IMG/VR virus record: IMGVR_UViG_3300023174_000084 | Coordinates: 1-64,000 of that record | Source: a virus | Strand: one strand, 5' to 3' | DNA: 64,000 nt | Shown here: in pieces, positions 8,159-17,477 of the stretch | How positions within the stretch are numbered: position 1 is the first letter of the stretch | How the letters are laid out: each line of letters starts with the position of its first letter | Notes under the pieces: generated by a model | Told to the model about the DNA's origin: nothing | The model's input: only the letters and a program-made list of their open reading frames with translations | The model's database searches: none | Translations under genes and position numbers: made by a program

Positions 8159-9955
8159 TTATTTCTCCTGTTTCTTCTTTTTAATTTTTACTTGTGTACC
8201 AATATTTCTGTCCGCATCTTTATAGGATTGCATGGGTTCAAAATTAGTAGACCCATTACGAACACCGCCTACACCCATATCAGATATAGAAATGTCGTTT
8301 TGAAAGCCGTTATATTCTTTAATTGTTTTTCTAAAACTATTAAATTCTTTTTGTTCTCTGTATGTTACATCGCCTAGACCGGACATGGGATATACTGTTC
8401 CCTGCTGGCGTGTATCAAATTCTGGACCGATGCCCGTTGTGTTTCTTAATCTTTGACTAACAGTCGGTGCATCGGTAAATCGTTTTTTATTCTTTACTTT
8501 TTCTTTGTCTTTGGAGAAGTTGGCTTCTTTTGGGACTGGTTTGATTTCGAGCGTTGGGCCTTTGGCTTCGCTATAGGTGCGGAAGGTGTAGGTTTTTGTT
8601 CGCTTACCGGCGTTGTAACGGAGGTCGTCTGCTTGGGGCTCGTTTCCTCGGTTGTCGGCGGGCAAACTATCGAGGCCACCTGCTCGGAGTTCTGGATTGG
8701 TTTTAATTTTAGTAAATTTATTAATGCTTTGAACATTTTTTTCTTCCTTAATTTTATTATCACCTATATTTAATTTACCATGCTTTTCTAACCACGATAA
8801 AGAAATGTCACCATAGGTTCGGTTTTCAATAAATTCATTGATATTTAGGTAAGTTTGAGTTATATCTTCCTCAATACTTTCCAATGAACCAGTATTGTCA
8901 ATCTGTTTAAATTTTCTAAAAGATTCTGCAAAAAATTCTTTATTTTTCTGAGCTTGCAACCACTTATCATAACGAATAGATTCGACCATCATACGAGATA
9001 ATTTGGTATTTCTTTCTTGGCTAACCTCATTGGTGGTATTGACGAATACCATCATAGTTCTATAACCAAGTTCTTCTAGTTCTTCTTTAATGTGATTAAT
9101 TTTATCGATATTGTCTGCTGGTCCATTGATAATTAATGGACCACGGTTACGAATGGCTTCTCTACGGAAGTCATTGGTTTTTTCAGATAGTTTCTGTTTG
9201 TCGGCAAGATAATCAAAAGCCTGTGTGGCATTAAGTTCTACAGCACGAGCCTCTGGTATAGCTTCACGGATAATGATATCTTTACCAGAACCAGGTCCAC
9301 CGGTCACAAAGATTGCTTTGAATAGACCACGGTTGATGTTCTCATGCAATCCCATACCTTTGCGTGTATCGTGATATAGTTCTTTGGCATGGTGGTCGGC
9401 AACGTGCTCTGGTACACCTTTTTTAAACTCTTTGTAATTACCTGAGGCTGCGTGTTGGCGCATTTTGGTACCAGACATACCTTCGGAACCTTCAGCATCT
9501 GGATCACGATGGCCAGCAGAATGAATAGTAATTTTTTTGAAATCGTAATGGCCGTGTTTACCTTTTACACCATTGTATTTGTTTAATGAATCTTTAAATT
9601 CTTTAACACGGTCAGAACCAACCACAACATGAAGGTGAGTTACACCTTTCTTATGCAATTCGGATGCATGGTGAAAAATAGATGGATGTTCTTTGGAAGA
9701 TGTTTTGAAATTTGTACCTGGTGCATATCGTTTCAGGTGTTTTACTTTTTGTTCACCAGATAGAGGATTCTTTTTGGAATCTTGTGAATGTGAAACCACC
9801 ACAGTATGTTCTGCGTTATGTTTATCTGCAACTTCTTTTACTTTATGAATAAGTTTTAAGTGGCCAGTTGTAGGAGGATTCATGCGACCAAAGGTCATTA
9901 CATGGTGTTTCTCACCTTGTTTGGTTTCTTCAACTAATTCTAAAAATGATTTCAT
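8159..9955 (-). CDS. cytidyltransferase-family (NadD-like) nucleotidyltransferase fused to a P-loop kinase-like domain
   Basis: TFGRMNPPTTGH, VVGSDR, MSGTKMR motifs; then KAIFVTGGPGSGKD Walker A. Confidence 0.8.
   Translation of the reverse strand: MKSFLELVEETKQGEKHHVMTFGRMNPPTTGHLKLIHKVKEVADKHNAEHTVVVSHSQDSKKNPLSGEQKVKHLKRYAPGTNFKTSSKEHPSIFHHASELHKKGVTHLHVVVGSDRVKEFKDSLNKYNGVKGKHGHYDFKKITIHSAGHRDPDAEGSEGMSGTKMRQHAASGNYKEFKKGVPEHVADHHAKELYHDTRKGMGLHENINRGLFKAIFVTGGPGSGKDIIIREAIPEARAVELNATQAFDYLADKQKLSEKTNDFRREAIRNRGPLIINGPADNIDKINHIKEELEELGYRTMMVFVNTTNEVSQERNTKLSRMMVESIRYDKWLQAQKNKEFFAESFRKFKQIDNTGSLESIEEDITQTYLNINEFIENRTYGDISLSWLEKHGKLNIGDNKIKEEKNVQSINKFTKIKTNPELRAGGLDSLPADNRGNEPQADDLRYNAGKRTKTYTFRTYSEAKGPTLEIKPVPKEANFSKDKEKVKNKKRFTDAPTVSQRLRNTTGIGPEFDTRQQGTVYPMSGLGDVTYREQKEFNSFRKTIKEYNGFQNDISISDMGVGGVRNGSTNFEPMQSYKDADRNIGTQVKIKKKKQEK
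8494..8736 (-). CDS. possible overprinted 80-aa Pro/Thr/Lys-rich protein
   Basis: AAGGAAG then ATG; MFKALINLLKLK amphipathic start; coincides with a GC-rich patch of atypical codons. Confidence 0.45.
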   Translation of the reverse strand: MFKALINLLKLKPIQNSEQVASIVCPPTTEETSPKQTTSVTTPVSEQKPTPSAPIAKPKAQRSKSNQSQKKPTSPKTKKK

Positions 9956-11127
9956 TTTCTAACTTTAAGTAAATTGGCTTTTGCGAATTCTGCTCTATTA
10001 ACTAATTTTGTTGGTTCACCTGCATGATGAACCACAAATCCTTCTGGTTTAGACTTCTTATTATCTATATGATGTTCCAGGCCACCTTCGTGTTGATTTA
10101 ATGTATCAACTAATACATTCTTAGCCTGTTGTAGGTGATGATGCATCTTCAATAGGTTGTTATAGTGTTCTTCATTACCTTGAATATGACTAGTATGTGT
10201 TTTTAACTCTGTCATTTTACGGGACTGAGCAGCAGGCGTTTTTAATTTACCAGCAGCTTTTTTGTAAATATCAGTAATGTGTTTTTGTAAACCTTTAGCT
10301 GTTGGTTTCTCATCTGTGCGAACAGTTTTATTGATATATGTGGACAATGCACCAGTTTCACCGCTATGAGGATGAGTTGCACGATACATTGTATCACCAT
10401 GTTTATCGTGAATTGCCTGAGCTGCTTCAATGTGTTTTTTATATTGTTCTTGTGCTTTTTCGGTATAATTTACTTTGCTTGTGTCATGTTCAGCAGACTT
10501 GTGCCACACATCTTCGTGTTGTTTAAAGTTATGAACGTCCGGATGTGGATCAGCTTTCATATCGGTAATATTTTTACCATGATACTGTGTATGTACCACA
10601 ACACCAACCTTAGCCTTTTTAATCCTATCTGCCTGTTCACCTTTGGCAGTATACCGAATGGTATTTGGAGTAAACGAAACACCACTTTTGGTTTCTTTCT
10701 TATCATCATGACCAAACATGATGTCACCTTGATACACTCCTTTCTTCGGAGCAACTTTTTTAAGGTGTAGGGCGTCTTTTAGTTTTGAAACCAATCCTGG
10801 TGCGTGTCCGTGATTCTTCTCAATATCTTTTTCTGTATAGTTAATCTTTGGATTCTTATTAAATGCGGACTTACTAGCAACAAAAAACTTGCCCGTTTCT
10901 GGATGATGTCCAAATACTACTGCCGGAGAACCATCATATTTCATGGTAAGATTGGAACTGTGGCCACCAGATTTAATTTGGTTGTGTGCAGAATTCAACG
11001 CATCTCTGGCGTGTTCAAAACCTTTTGCTCCATGAAAGAGTGGGCGATCCTCAGCATGATGAATATGCTTGAGTTTGCCATCAACTTCCTGAGTTTCCTC
11101 TTTCAGAAACGATAAAAAAGACCGCAT
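9952..11127 (-). CDS. DUF6267-like protein with ATP-dependent ligase / covalent nucleotidyltransferase motifs
   Basis: TMKYDGSP (motif I), YQGDIMF (III), PEGFVV (IV), TKLVNR (V); MRSFLSFLKE start. Confidence 0.7.
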   Translation of the reverse strand: MRSFLSFLKEETQEVDGKLKHIHHAEDRPLFHGAKGFEHARDALNSAHNQIKSGGHSSNLTMKYDGSPAVVFGHHPETGKFFVASKSAFNKNPKINYTEKDIEKNHGHAPGLVSKLKDALHLKKVAPKKGVYQGDIMFGHDDKKETKSGVSFTPNTIRYTAKGEQADRIKKAKVGVVVHTQYHGKNITDMKADPHPDVHNFKQHEDVWHKSAEHDTSKVNYTEKAQEQYKKHIEAAQAIHDKHGDTMYRATHPHSGETGALSTYINKTVRTDEKPTAKGLQKHITDIYKKAAGKLKTPAAQSRKMTELKTHTSHIQGNEEHYNNLLKMHHHLQQAKNVLVDTLNQHEGGLEHHIDNKKSKPEGFVVHHAGEPTKLVNRAEFAKANLLKVRK

Positions 11128-11172
11128 TGATTTCCTTACTAGATATGCAACACACTTTGGTTGCCGGTTGCT

Positions 11173-11180
11173 TATTTATA
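11173..11180 (-). promoter_or_regulatory. T4 gp55-dependent late promoter TATAAATA
   Basis: exact consensus about 45 nt upstream of the 11127 start. Confidence 0.8.
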
Positions 11181-11264
11181 CAACTTCTAAACTTTTATGG
11201 TACAAACCGTTTCCAATGATTAAATTATTGGGTTAGATATATACGACCTAAATTTGTTGGGTTT

Positions 11265-11810
11265 TTACACTACAACGAATGCTTTATTGGAATTTTTACA
11301 AACCTGATATTTACCATCAAATAGTTCTAACATAGCCCAATGAGCGCCATTCACATTACCTTTTTGAACATTCTGTCCTGGAGCTGCATCATCAAACCAA
11401 ATAATACCTCCCGGTACCATTTTAGGTAAAAGATAATTAACAGAATCAATAACCGATTTATACTGGTCACAATCTAAATGTAGAAAAGCAATATGAGGCA
11501 TTTCTACGGCACTATCTGGAAACAATCCTTTGACCACAGTAGCATAAGGTATTGCATTTTTGACGGTTTCATAGTCTGTATCATTAAAGTCACCCACTTT
11601 ATGATAGTCCATTTCAGATGTGTATGGAATACCTTCAAATGTATCATATAAAAATATTTGGCGATTTTGTTCTTCGGCTAATTTGGAAAGATGATATCCC
11701 GTTCCACCTTTGTAAACACCAATTTCAACAAAACATCCTTCTGGTGTTGTTCTAGCTTTATCAATTAATTCATTTATAATATATTGTGGTACAGCCGACT
11801 CTATTGCCAT
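11265..11810 (-). CDS. TylF/MycF-family O-methyltransferase
   Basis: FVEIGVYKGG, YDTFEG, KGLFPDS, LHLDCDQY, PGGIIWFDD. Confidence 0.85.
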   Translation of the reverse strand: MAIESAVPQYIINELIDKARTTPEGCFVEIGVYKGGTGYHLSKLAEEQNRQIFLYDTFEGIPYTSEMDYHKVGDFNDTDYETVKNAIPYATVVKGLFPDSAVEMPHIAFLHLDCDQYKSVIDSVNYLLPKMVPGGIIWFDDAAPGQNVQKGNVNGAHWAMLELFDGKYQVCKNSNKAFVVV

Positions 11811-12514
11811 TTTGTTCCTTCAAAATCTAACCAGTAATTTGATATTCTACCTTTACCTTGTAATAAGTAAAATGGTAGAGTGTGAATTAAACCTCGACTA
11901 GAACCATAGTATATCAGGTCCTTAGGTCCTCTGTCAAGCGCCCATGCAAAGTGGCTAGAACCAGTATCACCGCCAACAAAGATTTCCGCTGTGGTAATGT
12001 GGTAATAATTCTGCACAAAATTGGTAGAATACCGCCAACCCTCAAATGGGCAACTTTCTGTTGGAGCACCTTTTTTACAGATTATTTTCTCATAATCTTT
12101 GTATTCTTCGGTAGAAAATTTCTGTATGATTTGTTCATATACTGGTTGTGGCCAGTTTCGCCACACATTATATGGTGCATCAAACAATGGAAACACAGCA
12201 ATCTTCTTTTCCATAGGTGCATTATTTTTTATTTTTACCAAATCACCAGATATATCACGGAAGTCCCAAACATTTACTTTTCTCCATGGTAATGATTGGT
12301 CACCTGGTTCTGTCGAAAAATAGTTAGTCATCTTCAACATTATCTCATAAAATGTCTGACAATGTGTATCATCGCTAACATTACCAGGTTTTAAATGAAA
12401 TTGAATTAATGGATTGTTATTTGTTTTACGAATGTGTTCTAAAACATTTGCAACAGCAATCATATCACCATTACGAACTGTACCAAATGTTCCTGGTTCA
12501 ATATTGATAATCAT
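11801..12514 (-). CDS. putative GT-B glycosyltransferase (GT9/heptosyltransferase-like)
   Basis: RNGD.I N-motif, RNWP, FVGGDTGSSHFA. Confidence 0.65.
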   Translation of the reverse strand: MIINIEPGTFGTVRNGDMIAVANVLEHIRKTNNNPLIQFHLKPGNVSDDTHCQTFYEIMLKMTNYFSTEPGDQSLPWRKVNVWDFRDISGDLVKIKNNAPMEKKIAVFPLFDAPYNVWRNWPQPVYEQIIQKFSTEEYKDYEKIICKKGAPTESCPFEGWRYSTNFVQNYYHITTAEIFVGGDTGSSHFAWALDRGPKDLIYYGSSRGLIHTLPFYLLQGKGRISNYWLDFEGTKWQ

Positions 12515-13239
12515 AGAGTAACATCTTTCACATAAACCAATTTTGATTTGCGATTACCATAGTAATGGCGTTTAAAATCATATTCAACAGGATGTCCGTC
12601 CCACATTCTCATATCTTCGTCCCAACAAACAATCGTTTCTTTGTTCATTAAGTCAGCAAGAATGCCGATGCCTGTAAATGTAGTAATAAATGGCTTGGGA
12701 CTATTTTTAATCATATTCAAATTATACATCAATGATTTGTTATAATCTAAGTAAAGTATTTTTTCTGGATCAGGATTTACACCATCTTTAACTACTTGTA
12801 TTTTTCTGCGAGTATCAATCGTTGGATGATTCCATCGGTCACCAATAATATATTTACTGGTGGTTTCCATGGCAATACCATTCATAGGATCAATCAACAA
12901 TTCAAAGTTGTCATCGACTTGAAAATTAATTTGATAATGGTCACGAACCCAATTCTCGTATCGGCAAGTTTCGATTGGACGATTAGGATCGTTCTGATCC
13001 ATTCTTGTCCATGAACTAAGATTTATTGCACCATTGAAAAATACTTCATCATCAAATTCAACCGAATTGATACAAGGTTGTTGTAATAATAATTCTTTAA
13101 TACCAACAAACTTTTTCATCTCGCCACGAATAACAAGGTCAACTGGTCGACCACCATCGGATAAAGATAGACCTGATATAACAGGCAAAGCATTGGCAAA
13201 ATCTCCTAAATTTGCGGTGCAACTAACGTGTATTAACAT
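12511..13239 (-). CDS. putative GT-B glycosyltransferase (GT9-like)
   Basis: NLGDFANALP, FITTFTGIGILA. Confidence 0.55.
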   Translation of the reverse strand: MLIHVSCTANLGDFANALPVISGLSLSDGGRPVDLVIRGEMKKFVGIKELLLQQPCINSVEFDDEVFFNGAINLSSWTRMDQNDPNRPIETCRYENWVRDHYQINFQVDDNFELLIDPMNGIAMETTSKYIIGDRWNHPTIDTRRKIQVVKDGVNPDPEKILYLDYNKSLMYNLNMIKNSPKPFITTFTGIGILADLMNKETIVCWDEDMRMWDGHPVEYDFKRHYYGNRKSKLVYVKDVTL

Positions 13240-14026
13240 TATATTCCTTAAATATTATAAACCAATCATTACTATTCACTTTGTGTAATTCGAATATTTC
13301 TGGCTTTTGAAGGTAAGACATTAACAACAATGTCTGGTCATCGTCAATCAAATTATTTTTAAATAATTCTTCTAAATTGTGGTGTACCAATGCTTCAAGT
13401 ATTGGCCACATTTCTTTACCGGCAACAATACATGGTCCGGTAATATGAACATCATTATTAAAAATAACATCTTCGATATATGTGCCTTCTTTCCAATCTT
13501 TAAGATTGAAGAAATGAATTTTATCTTTGTTGAATGAGTATTGCCAATGTTTAACATTATTAAGTGTTGATTCTTCACGACAATAACCAAAATCTAGCCA
13601 AGAAACTAAATCTGTTTTAACCAAATCTTGTTTAATAGCTTGATTAACAAATGATGCTTTCAACATATTAACGAGAACGTAGTCAGCACTCCAGTATTCT
13701 GGATTTTTTACTTGCATGGGATTTATTTTAGATTGAAATTCTTGATTACTTTGAACCGTTTGAATTTCACTTCTTAATTTTTTGAAACTGTCTTGAAAAT
13801 CAACAGTCAGAATATCTGTTGGTTTATTTTGCCTAAGGAATTGTATATCTTTAACAAACTCTTTAGATGTAAAAATAACCATTGGATTCTCAAGTTTGGC
13901 CATATGACCAAATCTTTGCATATAGGTGTTTGTGGTTCGATGTAAGTAATGTGGTAATCCTTTATCAGGAGTCCAATTGCTTCGACCAATATCAAAAAAA
14001 GCAGTTACGATTGTGATATCATTCAT
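13223..14026 (-). CDS. HtrL/WlaTC-family glycosyltransferase
   Basis: ITIVTAFFDIGR, NPEY, WLDFG, IDDDQ. Confidence 0.8.
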   Translation of the reverse strand: MNDITIVTAFFDIGRSNWTPDKGLPHYLHRTTNTYMQRFGHMAKLENPMVIFTSKEFVKDIQFLRQNKPTDILTVDFQDSFKKLRSEIQTVQSNQEFQSKINPMQVKNPEYWSADYVLVNMLKASFVNQAIKQDLVKTDLVSWLDFGYCREESTLNNVKHWQYSFNKDKIHFFNLKDWKEGTYIEDVIFNNDVHITGPCIVAGKEMWPILEALVHHNLEELFKNNLIDDDQTLLLMSYLQKPEIFELHKVNSNDWFIIFKEYNVNTR

Positions 14027-14029
14027 AAT

Positions 14030-14374
14030 TTAAAAATTCGGTTTTACATATTTTTTTGTGGGAAACAATAATTCTCTTAAATTTTTCTTACAATTTTCTA
14101 ATACACTTTGTGGAGCATATTTTTCAACCCATTCCTCAATTTGTTCTTTTGTAAGCCTATCAAATTCAACAAAATTTTCTAAATTGTCTGTGGGCACATG
14201 AACGACAAAAAAAGTATTTTTATGTAGTAATGCTTCTCCATATTGTTCGGTTACAACCTTTTTTGTACCTTGCATTGTAACTCTAATTTCATAAACAACA
14301 TTTTCTTTTCCGTTCAATTCATTTTGAACACCTAGAGCATCAATAAAATATTCATATTGCACATTTTCTTCCAT
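14030..14374 (-). CDS. hypothetical protein
   Basis: AT-rich ORF; ENFVEFDRLTKEQIEEWV resembles small tail-associated phage proteins. Confidence 0.55.
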   Translation of the reverse strand: MEENVQYEYFIDALGVQNELNGKENVVYEIRVTMQGTKKVVTEQYGEALLHKNTFFVVHVPTDNLENFVEFDRLTKEQIEEWVEKYAPQSVLENCKKNLRELLFPTKKYVKPNF

Positions 14375-14375
14375 T

Positions 14376-15101
14376 TTATACCCAATAATGTTTTTTGTAG
14401 TTATTAACGATTTCAATGTAATCAGGTTGTTCTTCTACAAATTTATCAAAATCAAATCCATCATTTTTATGGTGATGTGTGTCTGTTAAATATGGGTTAA
14501 CAGAATAATCTTTACCACAAAGAAAATAATATACAACCATATAGCAGTCCATAAAACCCAATGGTAAGTATTGTTTTTGAAATGTATTATGGTTTTTCTT
14601 AAACCATTCAGTAACTCTTTCATAATTTTCCAAAAAAGTAGAAACTTTGAATATAGAACCCCCACCACAGCCATATTGATTTGTTAAGGGTCTTTTACCA
14701 GAAAATTCTTCGATACTGTCAATAATATTATCAGGAATAATATTGCCAACTTTAATATTCCACCCAGCCATTTCCCATTCTTCGTTGACTGTGATTGGTT
14801 TTTTAATCCAAACATCATCTTCTACCATCATTATATGTGAAGTATATGTTTGTTGGCAAGCCGTTTTAAACCTATCAAACCAAATTAATGTTTTATCTAA
14901 ATCATAACTTGGGTAACCAACTTTATCTTCAAAGTGATAATAATGACAGTTATATTTTTTGGCAATATCGGATAAATCTTCAGCTGCATCCGATCCTAAA
15001 AGATAATATTCATGGTGATGTTTACGAATATTATTTACAATTTTTTCAGTAGATATTTTTTTACCAGCAGATGCCAAATGTAAGAATGATACAGAAGCCA
15101 T
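14376..15101 (-). CDS. putative GT-A glycosyltransferase
   Basis: MMVEDDVW DxD-like motif, GCGGGSIF; cluster context. Confidence 0.6.
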   Translation of the reverse strand: MASVSFLHLASAGKKISTEKIVNNIRKHHHEYYLLGSDAAEDLSDIAKKYNCHYYHFEDKVGYPSYDLDKTLIWFDRFKTACQQTYTSHIMMVEDDVWIKKPITVNEEWEMAGWNIKVGNIIPDNIIDSIEEFSGKRPLTNQYGCGGGSIFKVSTFLENYERVTEWFKKNHNTFQKQYLPLGFMDCYMVVYYFLCGKDYSVNPYLTDTHHHKNDGFDFDKFVEEQPDYIEIVNNYKKHYWV

Positions 15102-16102
15102 TACATTAATCTTTCAGACCAAGTTTTAGGAGTTTTATCGGTGATAATTTCTAATGGGTAAGCATAATCAAATTTCTTAGGACCTTTTTCTTTGATATAT
15201 TCAACCGTTTCTCTAATAGACTGTTCTAGGGTTGTTTTTGTTTCATAGTTCAACAACCAACGAGCCTTATCAGCAGAACAGTCAGCGTGTTTGACCTCTC
15301 GTGGTCGGTCTGGCATATGAATGGCCTCACCTTCAAATCCTGTTGCATCTGCAACTAGTTTGGCCAAGTCTTTAATTGTTACTGTGCCATCATCAGGTCC
15401 AATATTGATAATCTGACTAACAACTTTAGGATCTAAAGCCATCTTTTCTAAACAACCAACACAGTCATCAACATATGAGAAACAACGAGTTTGTAATCCA
15501 TCACCATAAATGATTGCAGGCAGTCCACGGAGATTACGATTAATCATAATACTCATTACATTACGGAACGGATCATCATATTTTTGACGAGGACCAACAA
15601 TGTTATGTGGCACAGCAATGTTCCATTCCATACCGTGTGTTTCGCACAGAATCTTTAACACATCTTCACCTGCAACTTTAGCAACACCATATGGGTCAAC
15701 AGGTTGTGGTGTCATATCTTCGGTAAAGGGATGTGGTTGATTACCATATCGTGCCATTGAGGTACAATAGACAAATCGTTTCACTTTATTTTGAACAGCT
15801 GCAGAGATTGTTGCAACAGAAGCTTCAAAGATGTTTTTGGTAATAAAACTAGGACTGAATACAGAAAGTCCTTCATGTGCTGTAGCGGCTGTATGAATTA
15901 CTACATCAACACCTTGTAAAATATAATTCATCTTTTCAATATCACAACAATCCACAACATATAATGTAGCTTTTTTAGGTACATTGTCACGATAACCTCC
16001 AATTAGTGTATCATTACCAGACACCTCATGTCCTAATTCTAACATTCTGTCGGCAAGATGGCTACCTAAAAAACCAGCAATACCAGTAATAAAAATTTTC
16101 AT
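15101..16102 (-). CDS. NAD-dependent sugar-nucleotide epimerase/dehydratase
   Basis: ITGIAGFLGSH Rossmann motif, YGVAK catalytic motif, NIVGPRQ. Confidence 0.92.
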   Translation of the reverse strand: MKIFITGIAGFLGSHLADRMLELGHEVSGNDTLIGGYRDNVPKKATLYVVDCCDIEKMNYILQGVDVVIHTAATAHEGLSVFSPSFITKNIFEASVATISAAVQNKVKRFVYCTSMARYGNQPHPFTEDMTPQPVDPYGVAKVAGEDVLKILCETHGMEWNIAVPHNIVGPRQKYDDPFRNVMSIMINRNLRGLPAIIYGDGLQTRCFSYVDDCVGCLEKMALDPKVVSQIINIGPDDGTVTIKDLAKLVADATGFEGEAIHMPDRPREVKHADCSADKARWLLNYETKTTLEQSIRETVEYIKEKGPKKFDYAYPLEIITDKTPKTWSERLM

Positions 16103-16629
16103 GTTGTTCTCTTTAAAATAGTTAATCCGTTATTATTATGTCGTCTTTCAATCAACTGCCATTCAGGATGAGAATCAATAAATTCTTGAACTGCTGGCCA
16201 AATACCTTTACCACCAAACTCTCCACGGTCAGCAAACAATGTTGTATCGTGAAATAAAATATATTTACGGACTTTACCTGCGTGTAGTTCTAATTCCTTT
16301 TGTACCTGCTCATAGATATGTAGACTATCTACTAACATCAGGTCCGTTTCAGCAATATCCACTTTACGAGTATCATCAACATGAAGTGTTACATTACGGC
16401 CAGCATTTTTTGCTTCATCAAAAAACTCACGAATGCCTGGTTGTGGCATAAATTCATAACTATGCAATTCAACATCATGTCTTAGAAAGGCACGAGTGCT
16501 TTGAGCCCAACCAACACCAAGTTCTGTAACATGAGTGCATTGTGATGTCAATTCAGAGATAATTGGTAAATGTTCGTGAATGTCCGTATCTCTTACACAG
16601 GCATCTTGATATTCTTTTTCAAAATCCAT
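16099..16629 (-). CDS. class I SAM-dependent methyltransferase
   Basis: VTELGV, DLMLVDSLH.YE, YILFHDT, NNGLTIL. Confidence 0.75.
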   Translation of the reverse strand: MDFEKEYQDACVRDTDIHEHLPIISELTSQCTHVTELGVGWAQSTRAFLRHDVELHSYEFMPQPGIREFFDEAKNAGRNVTLHVDDTRKVDIAETDLMLVDSLHIYEQVQKELELHAGKVRKYILFHDTTLFADRGEFGGKGIWPAVQEFIDSHPEWQLIERRHNNNGLTILKRTT

Positions 16630-17477
16630 TATATTGTCCTAAATGTTAAAACTTCTTCTTGTTTATATTTTTCTTTAATGAATTGCTTCCATTCCGGTAC
16701 ACGGTCATATTGATGCACAATCGCAAACGGTTGGCCCAAAGAAGTTTTTACAATGCCGTTTTCAAATTTTGGCTCCTCTTCCAATAGATTTGGCCTAAAT
16801 GAATTAATCTTTGACGGATCAACAGTTGTGCCAGCTTGACATGCCCAACCATCTAATTGTTTTGCAAAATAAATTGAATCCTTAAATGGTTGCGTTTGAA
16901 TCAACACATTATATACTGCTTGGTCACAAATAGGAATAGGCCGGTTAATTGCATTGAATAATATGTTAAACATCATATCTTTTACATATTCAGACACACC
17001 ACCAATGGTTCCTACATTGTATATTTCATTATATTTAAATTGGTCATAAACATAAGGACCATAGGCTTGCATAAGGTTCTCGTTACCCCATGGTTCATCC
17101 ATATAACGGATGCTTTCTGAACCTGCAACTAGTTTTTTACCTTTAAGATTTAATTCTAACCAAGTGATAGGATTGGTTTGAAAATAAACATCTTTGACAT
17201 CTGTGGTAACTACATGATTGTAATTTTGCCAAGTTGTTTTGAGGAAATCATAGATTGTTAGAAAACGAGCTACATGAACTGGTGCTTTGATATCATGCAT
17301 CTTAATGATGATAAAATCACGCTTGATTAATTCACCAATTGTTTCTTGTGATGCATCACCAACGACCATTGCTTTGTCGCCAGTAAAACCACACTCATCA
17401 ATTGATTCAACCCACGGCTTTAGTTGGTTGTAGTTGTAATTTGTAAATGCACCGATTATTAAGCTTTTTGACGCCAT
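16629..17477 (-). CDS. putative GT-A glycosyltransferase
   Basis: TTDVKDVYFQ, NVGTIGG, DQAVYN, IVHQYDR. Confidence 0.7.
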   Translation of the reverse strand: MASKSLIIGAFTNYNYNQLKPWVESIDECGFTGDKAMVVGDASQETIGELIKRDFIIIKMHDIKAPVHVARFLTIYDFLKTTWQNYNHVVTTDVKDVYFQTNPITWLELNLKGKKLVAGSESIRYMDEPWGNENLMQAYGPYVYDQFKYNEIYNVGTIGGVSEYVKDMMFNILFNAINRPIPICDQAVYNVLIQTQPFKDSIYFAKQLDGWACQAGTTVDPSKINSFRPNLLEEEPKFENGIVKTSLGQPFAIVHQYDRVPEWKQFIKEKYKQEEVLTFRTI

